From: Elsinoe ampelina
Taxonomy: Eukaryota
Length of the DNA: 64,000 bases
Direction of reading: 5' to 3'
Assembly (NCBI GenBank): GCA_010093995.1
Contig: ML992510.1
Span: 1,181,339-1,245,338 of the forward strand
The translations under genes were made by a program, and so were the position numbers. The notes under the pieces are model-generated. The model was not told the origin of the DNA. It saw nothing but the letters and a program-made list of their open reading frames with translations, and ran no database searches. Of this stretch, positions 1 to 11,402 are shown piece by piece; the stretch's first letter is position 1; each line of letters starts with the position of its first letter.

Positions 1-160
1 GTCATCGTCCCTGGGACGGGAAATGTCTGTATATCCAAAATGTACAATAAACCAACTCTCATGAGAAACTCCAAAGGAACCCAGCGCCATCAGGCACTAG
101 CATGCTTTCTTTTCCACCATGTTGCGCTAAGAAATAAGAGACCAAAAATTTGTCAACCCT

Positions 161-847
161 CTATGCCTGACCCGGGAGCGAGTTCCAGCCAGTATCCTTG
201 CCAGTCCTCCTCCGGGCAGCTTCAGGCTCGGCATCAGCGTCCCTCTTCCTGGCCTGACCAGGCAGCGAGTTCCACCCGGTGTCCTTGCCCTGGCGTCTGC
301 GCCTAGCATCAGCCTCGGGCTCGGCATCGGGCTCAGGGAGAGCCTCCCTCTTGCGAGCCTGACCGGGGAGAGAGTTCCAGCCGGTGTCCTTGCCAGTTCG
401 GCGGCGAGCAGCCTCTGGTTCGGCGTCGGCGTCGCGCTTGCGAGCTTGGCCGGGGAGAGAGTTCCAGCCGGTGTCCTTGCCCTGACGGCGGCGGCGGGCG
501 TCGGCTTCTGGCTCGGCCTCTGGCTCGGGGAGAGCGTCGCGCTTGCGAGCCTGGCCGGGGAGAGAGTTCCAGCCGGTGTCCTTGCCAGTTCGGCGGCGAG
601 CAGCCTCTGGCTCAGCGTCGGCGTCGCGCTTGCGGGCCTGACCTGGAAGGGAGTTCCAGCCAGTGTCCTTGCCTTGGCGGCGGCGGCGGGGCTCAGCCTC
701 GCGCTTGACCATCTCGGGAACCTCGAAGGTCATGTCGTCGGCATAGTCGACATTGTCGATGGCGGAGGCGGAATCTTGGAGAGGGACAGCAACGACGGCT
801 GTGGTGTAGGCGAGGATCGCGGCGGCGATGAAAGCGTTGAACTTCAT
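161..847 (-). CDS. Alpha-factor-like pheromone precursor / Kex2-processed repeat protein (228 aa)
   Basis: Signal peptide MKFNAFIAAAILAYTTAVVA, then an acidic pro-region. Six copies of [Q/T]GKDTGWNSLPGQA are separated by KR (Kex2) sites and X-A/X-P dipeptide spacers (Ste13 type). The W-x-x-L-P-G-Q core resembles Pezizomycotina alpha pheromones (ppg1 type). Confidence 0.85.
   Translation of the reverse strand: MKFNAFIAAAILAYTTAVVAVPLQDSASAIDNVDYADDMTFEVPEMVKREAEPRRRRQGKDTGWNSLPGQARKRDADAEPEAARRRTGKDTGWNSLPGQARKRDALPEPEAEPEADARRRRQGKDTGWNSLPGQARKRDADAEPEAARRRTGKDTGWNSLPGQARKREALPEPDAEPEADARRRRQGKDTGWNSLPGQARKRDADAEPEAARRRTGKDTGWNSLPGQA
164..690 (-). repeat. Coding tandem repeat: three 192-nt (64-aa) dimers of Q-type and T-type peptide units
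   Basis: Near-identical blocks at 361 and 553 give a 192-nt period. The 3'-terminal dimer is synonymously diverged. Confidence 0.9.
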
Positions 848-1157
848 GTTTGCGATCGAACGATTGTCTTGATTGAGGTAGTATCAGACCCAAGCGGTCG
901 AGATGCTGGTGGAGATTTGGATGGAGAGAGATGTTGAGTTGTCTTATATGGTCGAAGACCCCCTCTGGAATGAATGCAGATAAAGAATGAATATGGTCAG
1001 TGGAAATGAGCGTGATGTAATGACACGGCAAGAAAAGGAGATGTGAACGGGGTAAATACTTATTCAGAGGCGACTTCTTTGAATGCCATTGAAAGGCTGC
1101 TAGACGCTGAGACGATCGAGAACAAGGTGGATGTGAAAGTACTCGCCAGAAGTGGTG

Positions 1158-1165
1158 CTCAATAG
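1158..1165 (-). promoter_or_regulatory. Putative MAT1-1-1 (alpha-box) binding site CTATTGAG upstream of the pheromone gene
   Basis: Plus strand CTCAATAG reads CTATTGAG on minus, about 310 nt upstream of the ATG. A variant CTTATTGAG lies at 1382-1390 and a TATAAG at about 943-948 (minus). Confidence 0.5.
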
Positions 1166-2082
1166 GGTTTCAGATGCGTTGGCTCGCCACTCAGCATCCT
1201 CACGATCTGCCTGCCATGCGATACAGCCAGTGTTTGTCTGGGCAAAGGTCAAAGGAAGGGCGAAGCGGACTCGCAGCGTGCCTGTAGAGTCTTGCATGTA
1301 TCTTTCGATATCGTAGCGGGCAGTGTGTGGTGGCTTTGGTGTGGTATGCGGCAGGAAAGGCCAAGATGTCCGAAAGTAGTCCTCAATAAGAATTTCACCT
1401 GCGCCCTCACAAAGGCCGATCACGGCTCAGTAATGATCCTCGCGCGTCGCCTGCGGTCAATGAATTTTGGGTGCGAAAGTCTGGAGGTTGGCCCAGAACG
1501 TAGCATTGTAAAGACTTCCGACCCAGACGGTGGTTATGTGAAGCTTTGACTGTGTGGCCGCTTCCCAACAATGAGCGGTTGGTTAACGCTCAGCTCCACC
1601 CGTCATAGATCATGCCAGGTATTCTTGTGTACTGAGTATACGCAAGGCAAATGATGGGTATGAAGAACGCATGTTGGGATGTTCAGGTAGGAAGAAGGCT
1701 AAGTGACACGGATGTTGTCGGGTGAAGTGGAGGAAGATCAAACGAATCTGACAAGATGTGATATTGTCCTCAGACTGATTGACCCTGCTCACGCATTGTG
1801 ATATATATTCTGCAGGGGTCTTTTCCAGTTCCCTGCAGGTGCGAGTATGAATGCCACGGAGTCATGTCCGCGTCCTCAACAAGGATGTAGAAGAGTCGAC
1901 GTGAAAGTGCATAAGGTATGCGGCTCAAACCTGGATAACGGTAGTCTGCGCCAAGACAACGGCAATGATCGGCAAGAGAAGGGAAAGGCTCGAAGGTTTA
2001 CCTCTCCAAAGCTTTTGCTTGCCCACTTTTCTCGACAATCAACACCTCAATCGCACCCCTAGAACTTGTCGAATTCCCCATA

Positions 2083-3399
2083 ATGTTGTCGCGAAGTAGC
2101 CAGAGGACCATGGCGGTATGAAATATTCCCTATATATCCCAATTGCCATGTATACTCACACGAGACAGTTCCTTCTCCGCGGCGCTCAGCCGGCCATCCG
2201 AACAGCCACTGGGCCTTCTCAGATTACGCGATGTATGGCAGCACAAAGAGATGGGATTGTCAAGTGCAGCAGACTAATTATGGACAGCGATGGCGACGAC
2301 TATCGGCAGCGACATTTTCAAGCCAACCAAGTTTGGCGGCAAATACACCGTCACTCTGATTCCAGGTCAGTCGACACGAATGGGAGCATGAGTCGGGTCT
2401 GATGGTCATATAGGTGACGGTATTGGTGCTGAAGTGTCCGAGTCTGTCAAGGAGATCTTCAAGGCCGACAATGTGCCCATCGAGTGGGAACAGGTTGACG
2501 TTACTGGTATGATGACTGGAGACAAGCACTCTGAGGAGCTCTTCCGCGAATCGATAGCCTCCCTGAAGAGAAACAAGTTGGGTCTCAAGGGCATTTTGCA
2601 CACACCTGTCGAGCGATCTGGTCACCAGTCATTCAACGTCGCCCTTCGACAAGAACTCGACATCTACGCTTCTATCGTCCTCATCAAGAATATCCCCGGA
2701 TACGAGACACGACACAAGAACATTGATCTCTGCATCATTCGTGAGAACACCGAGGGCGAATACTCCGGTCTCGAGCACTCTTCAGTCGCTGGTGTCGTCG
2801 AATCCCTCAAGATCATCACCCGTGTCAAGTCTGAGCGTATTGCCAAGTTCGCCTTTGCTTTCGCTCTCGCCAACAACCGTAAGAAGGTTACCTGCATCCA
2901 CAAGGCCAACATCATGAAGCTTGCCGATGGTCTGTTCCGCAACACGGTCAAGAAGGTCGGTGAGGAGTATCCCACCATTGAGACCAACGACATGATCGTA
3001 GACAACGCCAGCATGCAGTGTGTTAGCCGGCCACAACAATTCGACGTAATGGTCATGCCCAACTTGTACGGAGGTATTCTTTCCAACATCGGCGCTGGTC
3101 TTGTCGGAGGTCCTGGTATCGTACCAGGCTGCAACATGGGACGTGACGTTGCCGTATTTGAGCCTGGTTGCCGTCACGTCGGTCTCGATATCAAGGGCAA
3201 GGACCAAGCCAACCCGACCGCACTCATTCTCTCTGCAAGCATGATGCTTCGTCATCTCGGTCTCGATGACCATGCCAACAGAATCTCCAAGGCTGTCTAC
3301 GATGTGATCGCAGAGGGAAAGACCAGGACAAGAGATATGGGAGGCAACTCTACGACGCACGAATTCACTAGGGCCATTCTCAATTCCATGGAGGCATAG
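2083..3399 (+). CDS. IDH1: NAD-dependent isocitrate dehydrogenase subunit 1, mitochondrial (exons 2083-2115, 2169-2232, 2288-2365, 2414-3399)
   Basis: Three GT-AG introns restore KFGGKYTVTLIPGDGIG. Also IIRENTEGEYSG, HKANIMKLADGLF and FEPGCRHVGLDIKG (IDH1 type), plus an Arg/Ser-rich presequence. Confidence 0.93.
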
Positions 3400-3505
3400 T
3401 GAATTGCTTCTGTAGCGTTGACTTATCCTTACCTGAGTTTCAGTAGAACAAGTAGCGAGCTTGTAAATATTGTCTTGAATACCCAAGATGCCATTACATT
3501 CATAT

Positions 3506-4310
3506 CTATAGTGTCGGACGTGTTCTCTCTCCCTTCCAAAACCCCATAACCTCACCAGTCTCACCAATCCATTCTCGCACACCATTGACGGCCGCTTTGG
3601 CCATGCCTTGATTCGTGCCCGCCCGCTTCCTGCCAACCCTGCCGAAAGAACCATTGGATGCGCCAGAGTTCAAGCCATAGCCAGAACTAGACGGTTCTGC
3701 TCCAGGACTGACAAAGCTGCTGCCTGCTCCCGTAGCATATTCTGATCCCATGCTGGGTAGGACATATTCGCCAGCTGATAGCGAGACGAACAGCGAGAAG
3801 GGAACTAGCCAGACCTGGATGCCGAAGAATGCAGCAATCTCGGTGAATGTCGGCAGATCAGCTTGGGCGTATGGGTCGTAATAGTTGTAGCCGCCGGTCG
3901 GTTTAGGTGGCGCCGAGAAATGACGGAACCAGAAGAAGTGGTTGATGAGCACAAGGACTGCTCTACCATGAGCGAGACGATAGGTGTAGAGGGTTGGAGT
4001 AATACTTACCACATGATGTGAGGAAGATTGGATCTGTCAGCTTGACAATAGGGAAGCGTCGTAGATTCTGGAGGTAGACAACATGTGATCCGATACTGAG
4101 CAGTGACGGCCAGACTGGAAGCTTGTCGACGAGCAGCAACATCTGTACACCGATGACACCGTATATAAGTCGCGTGAGCAATTTCTTTGATAGCACAGAG
4201 TGCTCTTCGACCAGCTCCGATAGATAGTATAATCCGGAGGCAATAGCTAGGGTCAAAAAGGCAAAGCCCAATAGTAACCCTAGATAGCCGATGAGAGGTA
4301 AAATCCACAT
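3506..4310 (-). CDS. SVP26: Svp26/Erv26 (TEX261) family ER-Golgi membrane adaptor (intron 4009-3958)
   Basis: TLAIASGLYYLSELVEEHS signature, NHFFWFRHF and VWLVPFSLFVSLSA. A GTAAGT...CAG intron joins the two ORFs in frame. Confidence 0.85.
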
Positions 4311-4636
4311 GTTTGCTGGAACCAGAAATCGCTATCGCGGCATTGTTTGCATGTGGAAGTATCGCCAGTTGTCCGGATCGGTGGGAGAGGCCAGGGACAA
4401 GGAGTAGCAAAAGTCTCTACACACCACACGTCGAAAGGCGGCTGATGAAGAGCCAAAATCTGGGGAAGCTCTCCTCGCTACTGCGGCGGAATGTGCCGGA
4501 CGGCCCTAATTGGCTGAGAAGGGAAGGTGGCAGGGCCCGAGGAGAGCTGAAGCCGATTCGATTTTCATCATGCATGATCTTGAATGAACCAGCAAACTTC
4601 ATCCACTCGCCTTCCTTCTCACCCTTCTTCTCATCC

Positions 4637-7619
4637 ATGAGGCCTGGCCCGCTATTCTCGATTGGATCAATATCCAGGACAGCTGTCAAATACCGCGCCG
4701 CCATCTCCACTCGACCCTCTGCAAGCCCGTTTCCGCTACCACAGATCCCCCTCAGCAGTCACCGCTTTTCGACATCCCACCCCACCACTTCTCACGCCTT
4801 GAGCAGAGCTGCGAACCCCTGGATCTTGCGGTCAAGCAATCGGACCCAGCAGAACACACCCGAATATCAAAAGAAGCTTCTTTCTCGTCGTCAACTTAGA
4901 TTCTGCTCGCATAGACGCAATATGTGCAAACATTTCGATACCGATGCCGGCAATGGCAACATCATCAGTCAGGGCCGCGAGGTCTTACCTACCAATGTCA
5001 CGCCGAAGCATTACGACTTGACTCTGGAGCCAAACTTTTCCGACTTCACATATGAGGGCAAGGTCGTGATAGAGTAGGTACAGTACTGCAGAGAGTCGCA
5101 ATCTTGCACTGACACACGACAGCCTAGACGTCAATGATGACACCACCACCATTTCACTCAACACGATCGACATTGATATCTCCGAGACTCAAGTACACGT
5201 CGATTCCAAGAGTATCCCTACTACACCTCAATTACACTACAACAAGGATTCTCAGACCACCACTGTCACCCTGCAAGAGAAGATCCCAGCTGGCGCCAAG
5301 GCCAAACTCACCTATGTCTTTAAAGGCACTCTCAATGACAACATGGCTGGTTTCTACAGGTCAAGCTACAAGAACGCCGAAGGTCAAGAGAAGTTCATGG
5401 CAACCACACAGATGGAGCCGACCGATGCTCGGAGAGCGTTCCCCTGCTTTGACGAGCCAGCACTCAAGGCCGAGTTTACAATCACCCTCATCGCTGACAA
5501 GGGTCTGACCTGCTTGAGCAACATGGATGTCAAGTCTGAGACCGAAGTCGATTCCAAGATCTCAGGAGGCAAGAAGCAGGCTGTCACGTTCAACAAGACC
5601 CCACTCATGTCCACCTACCTCCTCGCTTTCATCGTTGGTGAGCTCAATGTCATCGAGACGAACAACTTCCGTGTACCCGTCAGAGTCTTTGCAACACCAG
5701 ACAAGGATATCGAGCACGGTAGATTCTCGCTGGAACTGGCCGCACGCACACTCGACTTTTACGAGAAGCAATTCAACAGCCCTTTCCCTCTACCCAAGAT
5801 GGACATGGTAGCTATTCCCGACTTCAGCGCGGGTGCCATGGAAAATTGGGGTCTGGTCACCTACCGCGTTGTGGATCTTTTGTTTGACGAGAAGACCAGC
5901 GGAGCATCAGTCAAGCAGCGAGTCGCCGAGGTTGTCCAGCACGAGCTTGCCCACCAATGGTTTGGCAACCTTGTGACCATGGATTTCTGGGATGGTCTGT
6001 GGCTCAACGAAGGATTCGCGACCTGGATGTCTTGGTACTCGTGCAACACCTTCTATCCCGAGTGGAAGGTGTGGCAGGGATACGTCACGGATGATCTGCA
6101 GAGTGCACTGGCTCTGGACTCGCTGCGTAGCTCACACCCTATCGAGGTTCCTGTCAAACGAGCCGACGAAATAAATCAGATCTTTGATGCCATATCCTAC
6201 TCAAAGGGCTCGTGTGTGCTGCGCATGATCTCCAAATACCTTGGCGAGGATACTTTCTTGGAGGGAATCAGACGCTACCTCAAGAAACACGCATACGGCA
6301 ACACTCAAACTGGAGACTTGTGGGCAGCTCTTGCTGACGCATCTGGCAAGGATGTCGAGAAGGTCATGACGATCTGGACCAAGAATGTTGGCTACCCTGT
6401 TGTGACTGTGACGGAGGATGGCAGCAACAAGATCCACGTCAAGCAAAACCGTTTCCTGCGCACGGCCGACGTCAAGCCGGAAGAGGACATGACACTTTAC
6501 CCCGTCTTCCTCGGTATCAAGGATAAGGATGGCATTGACGAAGAACTCGTCCTCAGTGGGCGCGAGCACACGTTTGAGGTCAAGGACAAGGATTTCTTCA
6601 AGATCAACGCCGACCACTCTGGTCTCTATCGCACGTCTTATTCTCCCGAACGCCTGACCAAGCTTGGTGAAGCAGCAAGGCAAGGCCTTCTCACCGTCGA
6701 GGATCGTGCTGGCATGATCGCTGACGCTGGAGCGCTCGCCGCATCTGGGTACCAAAAGACATCTGGCGTCTTGTCTCTGCTCAAGGGCTTCGACACTGAA
6801 AGCGAGTACGTTGTTTGGGACGAGATCACCGCCCGTATCGCATCTGTTCGTGCCGCTTGGGTGTTCGAGGATCAAAAGGTCAAGGACTCTCTGAAGGCTT
6901 TCCAGCGTGAGCTCGTCGCTAAGAAGTCGCACGAGCTTGGCTGGGACTTCAAGGAGTCTGATGGTCACGTGCTTCAGCAGTTCAAGTCTCTCCTCTTCTC
7001 ATCGGCCGCCCTCGCTGGTGACGAGAAGACAAGAGATGCCGCATTCGACATGTTCTCCAAATTCAAGCAAGGGGATAAAGCTGCAATCCACCCTAACCTC
7101 CGCGCTGGCGTCTACGCCGTAGTCCTTCAGAACGGGGGCGAAGAGGAGTACAACACCATCCTCGACATCTACCGCACCGCCAAGACCAGTGACGAGCGCA
7201 ATACCGCCCTCCGCGCCATCGGCCGTGCCAGCAAGCCCGAGCTCATCAAGCGCACTCTCGAACTCCCACTCAGCAAAGAAGTCAAGGAGCAAGACATCTA
7301 CCTCCCACTCGGCGGTCTGCGCACCCACAAGGAAGGTATTGTCGCTCTTTGGCAATGGATGAAGGAGAACTGGGACACGATCCAGAGCAAGCTCCCACCT
7401 GGCCTCAGTATGTTGGGTAGCGTAGTCAGTCTCTGCACGAGCAGCTTCACCAGCGAGGCGCAGATCAAGGAGATTGATAGCTTCTTCAAGGAGAGGAGCA
7501 CCAAGGGATTCGATCAGAGTCTTGCGCAGAGCTTTGATGCGATTAGGGCGAAGGAGGGGTGGTTGGGGAGGGACAGGGGGGATGTGGAGAAGTGGTTGAA
7601 GGAGGGTGGGTATTTATGA
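4637..7619 (+). CDS. APE2: M1 family zinc aminopeptidase (Ape2-like); intron 5074-5122; second ATG at 4922
   Basis: GAMENWG, HELAHQW(18)E zinc motif, TQMEPTDARRAFPCFDEP, and N-terminal REVLPTNVTPKHYDL. Confidence 0.92.
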
Positions 7620-9398
7620 ATTTCCGACGGGGAAAGGGTCAAGGGGAAGCTCTAGATTAGTGGGTGAGAGGGTTACACGCATGGTGTGTGTAGAGATAGT
7701 GGCTCAATAGAAGATGACTCCTCATTCCCGTCCTTTTCTGTCTCTCCTACTCCATTCCTTTGGACTCCCTCTCCGCCGTTCAGACGTATACTGCTCGCCG
7801 GCTTCCCAATAGCCTCAAGCAGCACCTCCCCAAGCTGAGTGGGGTACCCCTCCCCTTTCCTGTCCCTCCCTGACCCGACTCCGAAGAACAAAACCGCGGC
7901 ATGCAGTACAAAGAGCCATGTTACTATCCACCCAAGTCCGTCTGGAGTACATTTCATGTGGTAGGCTGGACAGGTCGTCTAGCCAGGTGCACGCCCGCTC
8001 CGTGAATGATGGGAATGCACACTCGTAGGCGGGACATGAGTCTATTGCGCAGTGTTTCGGATGCAGTCCCCAAAAGCATATTCCGATGCTCTTTCATCAA
8101 AGTATGCGAGTTGGAAAGAGATGAACCGTGACCCTACCTTTGACGTGGTACAAATGCATTTTTTAGGGCAGCAACGATAACGGCAACGCTACTCAGCATG
8201 CTGAGTAACATGGTGTCATTAACATCCCATGATCAAGGGTGGATGATGCTGTACGTGCTTTGACAACTAATCTGTGGCATGTACTGCACTGAACAATGTC
8301 GTCTTTGAGGGCGAGAAGATGAGTTGAAGTCGTTCGGCCAGACTCGGGACGGCGCACGGGCGTTTCTCGGTCAACCTGAATGTCCCGTTCCACTTTTTTT
8401 TTCTATTTTTTTTCTTTGGGATCACAGGGAAACGTGCTTGGGCATCGATGAAGCCCGACCATGTGATAGGACGGGCGGCTCTGACATTATTCGCGAGAGA
8501 CGAGAGAAGAAGATGAAGCATTTTGGAAAATGGGAGAAACAGTACAAGTGTACGAACCTGCTTCTGGAAAGACACCTGCAAGGGACAAGATCTGCTTGAC
8601 CGCGGCAGAGGAATTGAGTTGATCCATGGTAAGCTAGATGAATACTAGAGAGATGGCAAAGCCAAAATGCTTCCCGTCGTGTGACCATGCGCGAAGAGAG
8701 AAAGTCATGTGCTCGTGTGTACTTCTCACTGTATGATTTGCTTGATCTCTCCTGCCCGACGCTCACATGTACACGGTTTTGGGCATCAATCTCCGGGCAA
8801 TTGGACGCGAAAGGAACAGGTGGGAAGCAGGGGCAATCGTTTAACCCAGGGAGGGACAGGAGTGACAGGAGTGACGAACAGAGGGGCACTGAGAGGGACA
8901 TTTGCTCAAAATCCCACTTGCTTCCGCCCCCCGGTTCGCTACTTGGCGCATACCACAACCATCCTTTCTGCTTTGCTCTTGACGGTAGCTTCTCTTTCCA
9001 ATATTCGAGTCGTTGCATAGAGCAGACATCCTGCATTCATCCAAAGTCATCTCCGAAAGCATAGCGAGTCCAGCATCCTCAGCATTCAACCATCGAGCTC
9101 CGCGTTACTCGTTTCAAACAATCGAGACCCAAACAGTGACCATCACAATCGCAAAACCATATCGCATACCACGGCAGCTGCATTTGACGTCCGGGGACGA
9201 TCGCGAGACCATTATACAATTGGACACAACCCACGAACCTCTCACCGCCTTCTAGCTTCCAGATCCAAAGGATCGCCCCGCCTAGTCCCAGTCCTGTGTG
9301 GCTTGACTGCAAAACTGTCCTCCTCAGGCAGACGCTAGCGACAAACAAGGACGCACCACAGCACTGCCTGTGGTGTCTGTCTTTACCCATACCTCTTG

Positions 9399-11402
9399 AT
9401 GGCCGGAGAACCTTTGCGCTCACCCTCTCACCGCGCAAGCTTCTCTGACCACGAAGAGCGACCCTACATACCTTATCGACACGTCCCCAGACCAGGTCCA
9501 GCAGGATACCCCGCTTCTTCAGAATCGTCGGCATCCAGCATCTCCTCGATAGACGAAGGTCCCTCCGACCATATCGATCCAGGCGATTCAGCCTCTAGAG
9601 ACCGTATACCGCGATCGCACATTTCAGCGCGTTCGCGACACTCGGCTGCGCCGGCTGCGCATCGCGCTGCAAGTGCGCTATCCCGCCACTCCTCTTCACA
9701 TCACGGAGCCCCGATTCCGCCGCAAGCAAGACCGGAAAGTCGCGATAGTGGGCACTACCGACGGGTGGTAGAGAGGGAGGTGTCAAGAGAAAGGAGGGTG
9801 CACCACGAAGCACCGCCATACCCAGTAGACGACCACAGAAGACCGCATCCTCCTCCAAGAGGAGAGTCGGGGAGCAGTCTGGATTCAAGCGAGAGCTCGT
9901 CCTATGACGGGCCGCCACATGGTCGCCCGTACTATGGACATCCCGGGTATGGGCCGCCGCCAGGGTATCCTCCGCAACAGCCATATGCGATGCCGCGGAG
10001 GCCTTCTCACGACTACCCCGGTTACGGCGGACACGGCGCATTGATGCAAATCCCACCACCAGATCCTTACTACAGAGACCCGCGCGATCGATATGGCGGA
10101 CACAATCCTTATGCCATGTCACCACCTCCGGATCCGTACTACCCTGACATGCGCCCTCCACCGCGACATCACCGGCCTCGTCCTGGAAGTTATTACGACC
10201 CACACTACGCTGACGCTATAGTACCTGTGCACCAACACCATTACCCGCCTCCACAATACCCTCCACAACCCATCACATACATCAATCCACCTGCGCCACC
10301 GCCAGCAAAGTCTCCAGCCCCACCAACACCAAAAGAAGACGACCCAGAGCTCAAACGTCTACAAATGGAGCTGGCTATGATTCGTGAAGCACAGCAACGG
10401 GACAAACACGCTCAAGAGCAAGCTGAACGCGAGCGGAAAATACGGCTCGAAGCTGAGCTAGCCGCTCTGCAGAAGTTGACTGCCGACCAAGAAGCTCAAA
10501 AGAAGCGAGCAGCAGAGATCAGCGCAGCAGAGAAAGCAGCACGAGAAACGCTCGAGGCGGAGATGAAGGAGAAGGCCGAGAAGACGAAAGTAGAAAACGA
10601 CAAAAAGGCTGCCGAGGAGAAGAAGAAGATGGAAGATCTCGAGAAGAAGAAGAAAGAGCTCGAGGAAGACATCAAGAAAGCCAAAGGTGACCCAGACAGC
10701 AAGAAAGCCCCCGTCCGCCTCAAAGACAGCGTGCTCGACCGCAAATTCGACTTTCCCTGGGCCCTCGCGAAGAAATGGAGCGTAAGTCCTCTGCTTCCCC
10801 TCCCCTAGCAGCCTTCCCCAGACTAATCCACTCCCCAGGACACGCTCAAACTCCTCGAACAAGCCTACGAAGCCTTCCCCGAACTCCACCGCCGCGTGCT
10901 GGAAAACCGGTTCGAACTCGTCGGCCCAGACCGCCAAATCATCCTGCCTTCAGTCTGGGAAACCACCGTCCAACCAGGCTGGGAAATCACGCTCCTCATG
11001 CCGCCCGACCCACACCAACAAATGGATCCACTGATGGAGCAGATGATGATGATGGACCTCCACGGCGGGGGCGGGGGGAAAAAGAAACACAAATCCTCCG
11101 GCAAGCACAAAGACGGCAAATCGAGCAGCAAAGACAAGGACAGGCGGAAGAAGCGCGGGCCGGACCTGGTCGACGCGCCGATGGTGCCCATGCCGGGCCC
11201 TTACCCTGGTGGAATGGGGATGCCGAATGGGGCGTTGTTCGGGACGGGACCCCTGCCGCCGCCGCCCATGGATGGGTTGGTGGATATGGATCCTGCTGGG
11301 GGGAGGCTGGAGAAGGATGAGAGGGGGAGGAAGAAGAGGGAGAAGGAGAGGGGGAAGAAGAGTGGTCAGTCTGGAGGGTTTTTGGGGTTTGGGAAGAGGT
11401 AA
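9399..11402 (+). CDS. Pro/Tyr-rich coiled-coil protein with a C-terminal fungal ubiquitin-like domain (intron 10782-10838)
   Basis: A GTAAGT...CTAAT...CAG intron joins KAPVRLKDSVLDRKFDFPW..KKWS to DTLKLLEQAY...FELVGPDRQIILPSVWETTVQPGWEI, a pattern I recognise from fungal ubiquitin-like domains. Confidence 0.72.

Noticed and set aside
164..690. Regularly spaced repeats superficially like a CRISPR array
   Set aside because: The repeats are coding, the spacers are themselves repeated, the context is eukaryotic and there are no cas genes.
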